The position numbers and the translations under genes are program-made. A stretch of DNA of 59,256 bases, counting the filler. It is 7 parts of 7 records of this genome, joined end to end, with 100 filler letters (N's around TTAATTAATTAA, not from the genome) between each part and the next. Parts side by side here need not be neighbours in the genome. Positions count along the whole stretch, not along the records: positions 52,767 to 59,256 come from SRR31156797_35264; 6 more parts are not named here. One strand, written 5' to 3'. The notes below the pieces were generated by a model, which saw nothing but the letters and a program-made list of their open reading frames with translations, had not been told where the DNA came from and did not search any database. How positions within the stretch are numbered: the stretch's first letter is position 1; each line of letters opens with the position of its first letter. This document shows positions 56,673 to 59,256 of this stretch, one piece after another.

Positions 56673-59256
56673 TTAATCAATTTTAGATTCAAAAACAGTT
56701 GTGCCAGAGCCAATCTCATGCGAGGTGTGTATATTTCCTTTTTCAGGAACAAAAACAGTGGCAGTGGTATTTGGAGGAACCGTAACTTTTAGTTTCAGTT
56801 TTCCGTTGTTTCTTTCCCAATGCGATTCTATTTCTCCGTACATAGAATTTATAGAAGCCTTGGCAAAATTTAGTTTTTCGCTTAATTCAGGTTTGATTAC
56901 AATTTTTTTGTAACCGGGATAATCCGGGTGACTTTGAATTCCTGCAGCTCTTGTGTAGAGCCAGTTGCCGATTGCTCCATAGGCATAATGATTAAACGAG
57001 TTCATGCCCTCATTCTGGAATGTGTCATCGGGTTTTATGCCATCCCAACGCTCCCAAATTGTGGTAGCTCCCATGGTAACCGCATACAGCCACGACGGGT
57101 ATTTTTTGTTAAACAAAAGGTTATAGGCCAAATCAGTTCTTCCAATATCTGAGAGGGCATCGCAAAGCACCGGTGTACCCAGAAAACCAGTTGTAAGATG
57201 TTGAAAATGCTCCACATTTTTTGCCAATAATTCAGCTGAAGTTTCAATATATTCCTGCGGAATTATGCCAAATGTAAGTGCAATAGCATAGGCCGCTTGT
57301 GTGTTGGAGAGCAAGCGCCCGTTAGGTGTTATGAATTCGTTTTTAAATGCTTCTTTTATTTTTGGAAGTAGTGTTTTGTATGTAGTGGCATCGTCTTTAT
57401 GCCCTGTAAGTTCAGCAATTTGTGCCATCAACTTTGTGGAGTAGTAAAAATATGCTGTGGCAATTAAATCCTTTTCTGTATGTGCTCCAGCAAAACCATA
57501 ATCGGGTGCGTTGTATATGTAGCTTGAATATTCAGCAAACGACAACCAATCGCCAAAATGGAATCCTGTATTAAACAAGTAACTGTCTCCGGCTTCGCGT
57601 ATCATAAACTCTTCCCAGGCTTTCATCGATTTGTATTGGGCTTTCAGAATCGCTGTATCGCCATAAGCGCGGTAAACCTCCCAGGGTATTATAATAGCTG
57701 CATCGGCCCAGCCTGTAGCTCCAAATCCATCCGACCAGCCGGTACCTCCGCCATCTTCAACCAGGTTTGGAACTACCCAGGGGACACTGCCATCTTCGCG
57801 TTGTTCGGCTTCCATGTCTTTCATCCACTTTGTAAAGAAAGGTGCTGTATTGGAGTTAAAACAAGCTGTTGAGGCAAATACCTGTGCATCACCTGTCCAG
57901 CCCATACGCTCGTCGCGCTGCGGACAATCGGTAGGCACGTCCAGGAAATTACCACGTAGTCCCCACTGGATGTTTTGCTGAAGTTGGTTTATAAGCTCAT
58001 CAGAACATTCAAAGGTTCCTGTAAATGGCATGTCTGAATGGATAACTTCGCCTGTAAAGTCTTCCGGATTTATTTCTCCCTGATAATCTTCAATTTTTAT
58101 GTACCGGAAGCCCATAAATGTAAAATGCGGGCTGTATGTTTCTAGTTCTTCTCCTTTAAATATGTACTCTATCCGTTGTTTGGCCATACGCAGATTGGTA
58201 GTATAAAAATTTCCATCTTTGTTCAGCACTTCAGCATGATAAATTGAGATTTTTTCACCTGTTTTTCCCTTTAATGAAAAACGAATCCGACCAACCATGT
58301 TTTGGCCAAAATCCAATACTGTTTCACCTTTTGGAGTAATTATTTTCTCAATAGGTTTTAGCTCCTGAGTAACTTTTACTTTAGCTCCTACGGAATCTGT
58401 CAGGTTTTTAAAACCATAGTCTTTTTCAAGAACGTTACACCATTCAGCATCGTTGAACCCAGGTAAATCCCAGCCTGTTTTTTCCAATTGGGCATTGTAA
58501 ACTTCTCCATGATAAATTTCAGATTCCCGAATAGCTCCGGTTGAGGCTTTCCAACAATTATCGGAAACTATAGTTTGAGTGGAGCCATCAGTGAAGGTAA
58601 CAGAAAGCTGAAGCAATAATGCTGTTTTTTCACCATAATGGTTTTTTTTGCCTTGCCAGCCAAAAAATCCACGATACCAACCATCGCCTAAAATGGCACC
58701 AATAGCATTTTTCCCGGTACGAATTAGTTGTGTTACATCGTAAACCTGATATTGCAAACGCTTGTGGTAGGTGGTCCATCCCGGTGCAAACTCTTCGTCG
58801 CCAACCTTTTGTCCATTTAGCTGAAGTTGATACAAACCGTGTGAGGTTGTATAAATTCGTGCCTGTTTAATTTCTTTTTCCAGGGTGAATCCTCTTCGTA
58901 GAATGGGGCAGGGATTGGACTTTGAAAGGTCTTCTTTTAAGTCCGGTTCTATCCACCTGGCTGTCCAGTCCGATTTGTTTAGCAAACCCATTTCCCAAAA
59001 GGCAGTTTCGCTCCAATCCGATTCTTCACCTGTATTGCTCCAAAACTTTACCTGCCAAAAAACACGTTGGGCGGAAGTTAGCTTTTTACCTTCATATTTA
59101 ACATGAACGGATTGGCTCGATTCTACTTTGCCGGAATCCCAAAGCAGCTCACTTCCTTTTTTAAACTCGTCGGCAGAAAGTCCACATTGGATACGGTAAG
59201 CAGACTGAACAATATTGTTTTTATCGCTCTTCAGCTTCCAGCTTAATCTCGGTTGA
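56673..59256 (-). CDS. Alpha-L-rhamnosidase, GH78 (5' end beyond window)
   Basis: PTDCPQRDERMGWTGD, GATTIWERW and NSFNHYAYG. The frame stays open upstream (PRLSWK...AYRI...WDSGKV). Confidence 0.95.
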   Translation of the reverse strand, partial: QPRLSWKLKSDKNNIVQSAYRIQCGLSADEFKKGSELLWDSGKVESSQSVHVKYEGKKLTSAQRVFWQVKFWSNTGEESDWSETAFWEMGLLNKSDWTARWIEPDLKEDLSKSNPCPILRRGFTLEKEIKQARIYTTSHGLYQLQLNGQKVGDEEFAPGWTTYHKRLQYQVYDVTQLIRTGKNAIGAILGDGWYRGFFGWQGKKNHYGEKTALLLQLSVTFTDGSTQTIVSDNCWKASTGAIRESEIYHGEVYNAQLEKTGWDLPGFNDAEWCNVLEKDYGFKNLTDSVGAKVKVTQELKPIEKIITPKGETVLDFGQNMVGRIRFSLKGKTGEKISIYHAEVLNKDGNFYTTNLRMAKQRIEYIFKGEELETYSPHFTFMGFRYIKIEDYQGEINPEDFTGEVIHSDMPFTGTFECSDELINQLQQNIQWGLRGNFLDVPTDCPQRDERMGWTGDAQVFASTACFNSNTAPFFTKWMKDMEAEQREDGSVPWVVPNLVEDGGGTGWSDGFGATGWADAAIIIPWEVYRAYGDTAILKAQYKSMKAWEEFMIREAGDSYLFNTGFHFGDWLSFAEYSSYIYNAPDYGFAGAHTEKDLIATAYFYYSTKLMAQIAELTGHKDDATTYKTLLPKIKEAFKNEFITPNGRLLSNTQAAYAIALTFGIIPQEYIETSAELLAKNVEHFQHLTTGFLGTPVLCDALSDIGRTDLAYNLLFNKKYPSWLYAVTMGATTIWERWDGIKPDDTFQNEGMNSFNHYAYGAIGNWLYTRAAGIQSHPDYPGYKKIVIKPELSEKLNFAKASINSMYGEIESHWERNNGKLKLKVTVPPNTTATVFVPEKGNIHTSHEIGSGTTVFESKID

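Noticed and set aside
1-59256. CRISPR arrays, transposases, integrases, prophage genes, rRNA
   Set aside because: None seen by eye or in the ORF translations.

Overview
The window is not one locus. It is seven unrelated metagenomic contigs joined by artificial 100-nt N/TTAATTAATTAA spacers: 1-5102, 5203-15680, 15781-21498, 21599-33434, 33535-39065, 39166-52666 and 52767-59256. Taxonomy is inferred only from gene content and composition: Desulfobacterota-like (contigs 1, 2, 4), an unplaced bacterium (3), spirochaete-like (5), Alphaproteobacteria (6) and Bacteroidota (7). Most genes are ordinary, including uvrA, gatA/gatB, ahcY, topB, asd, mgtE, GH78/GH127 and a two-component system. The top finding is missed by the ORF track: a 73-codon minus-strand gene (1233-1454) resembling selenobiotic (SbtA-type) RiPP precursors. 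It has three in-frame TGA codons in repeated S-[AG]-U motifs, each followed at the same distance by its own GGT-loop SECIS-like hairpin, and it sits beside what looks like a truncated maturase stub. Other highlights are a complete ANTAR dual-hairpin/terminator leader between a GAF-ANTAR gene and an FMN glutamate-synthase-family gene; an Orange-protein-like (NifX/COG1149/Mrp/radical SAM) cluster in an alphaproteobacterial contig whose two DUF134 genes have promoters with identically spaced paired operators; and an unexplained multi-hairpin RNA candidate upstream of uvrA.
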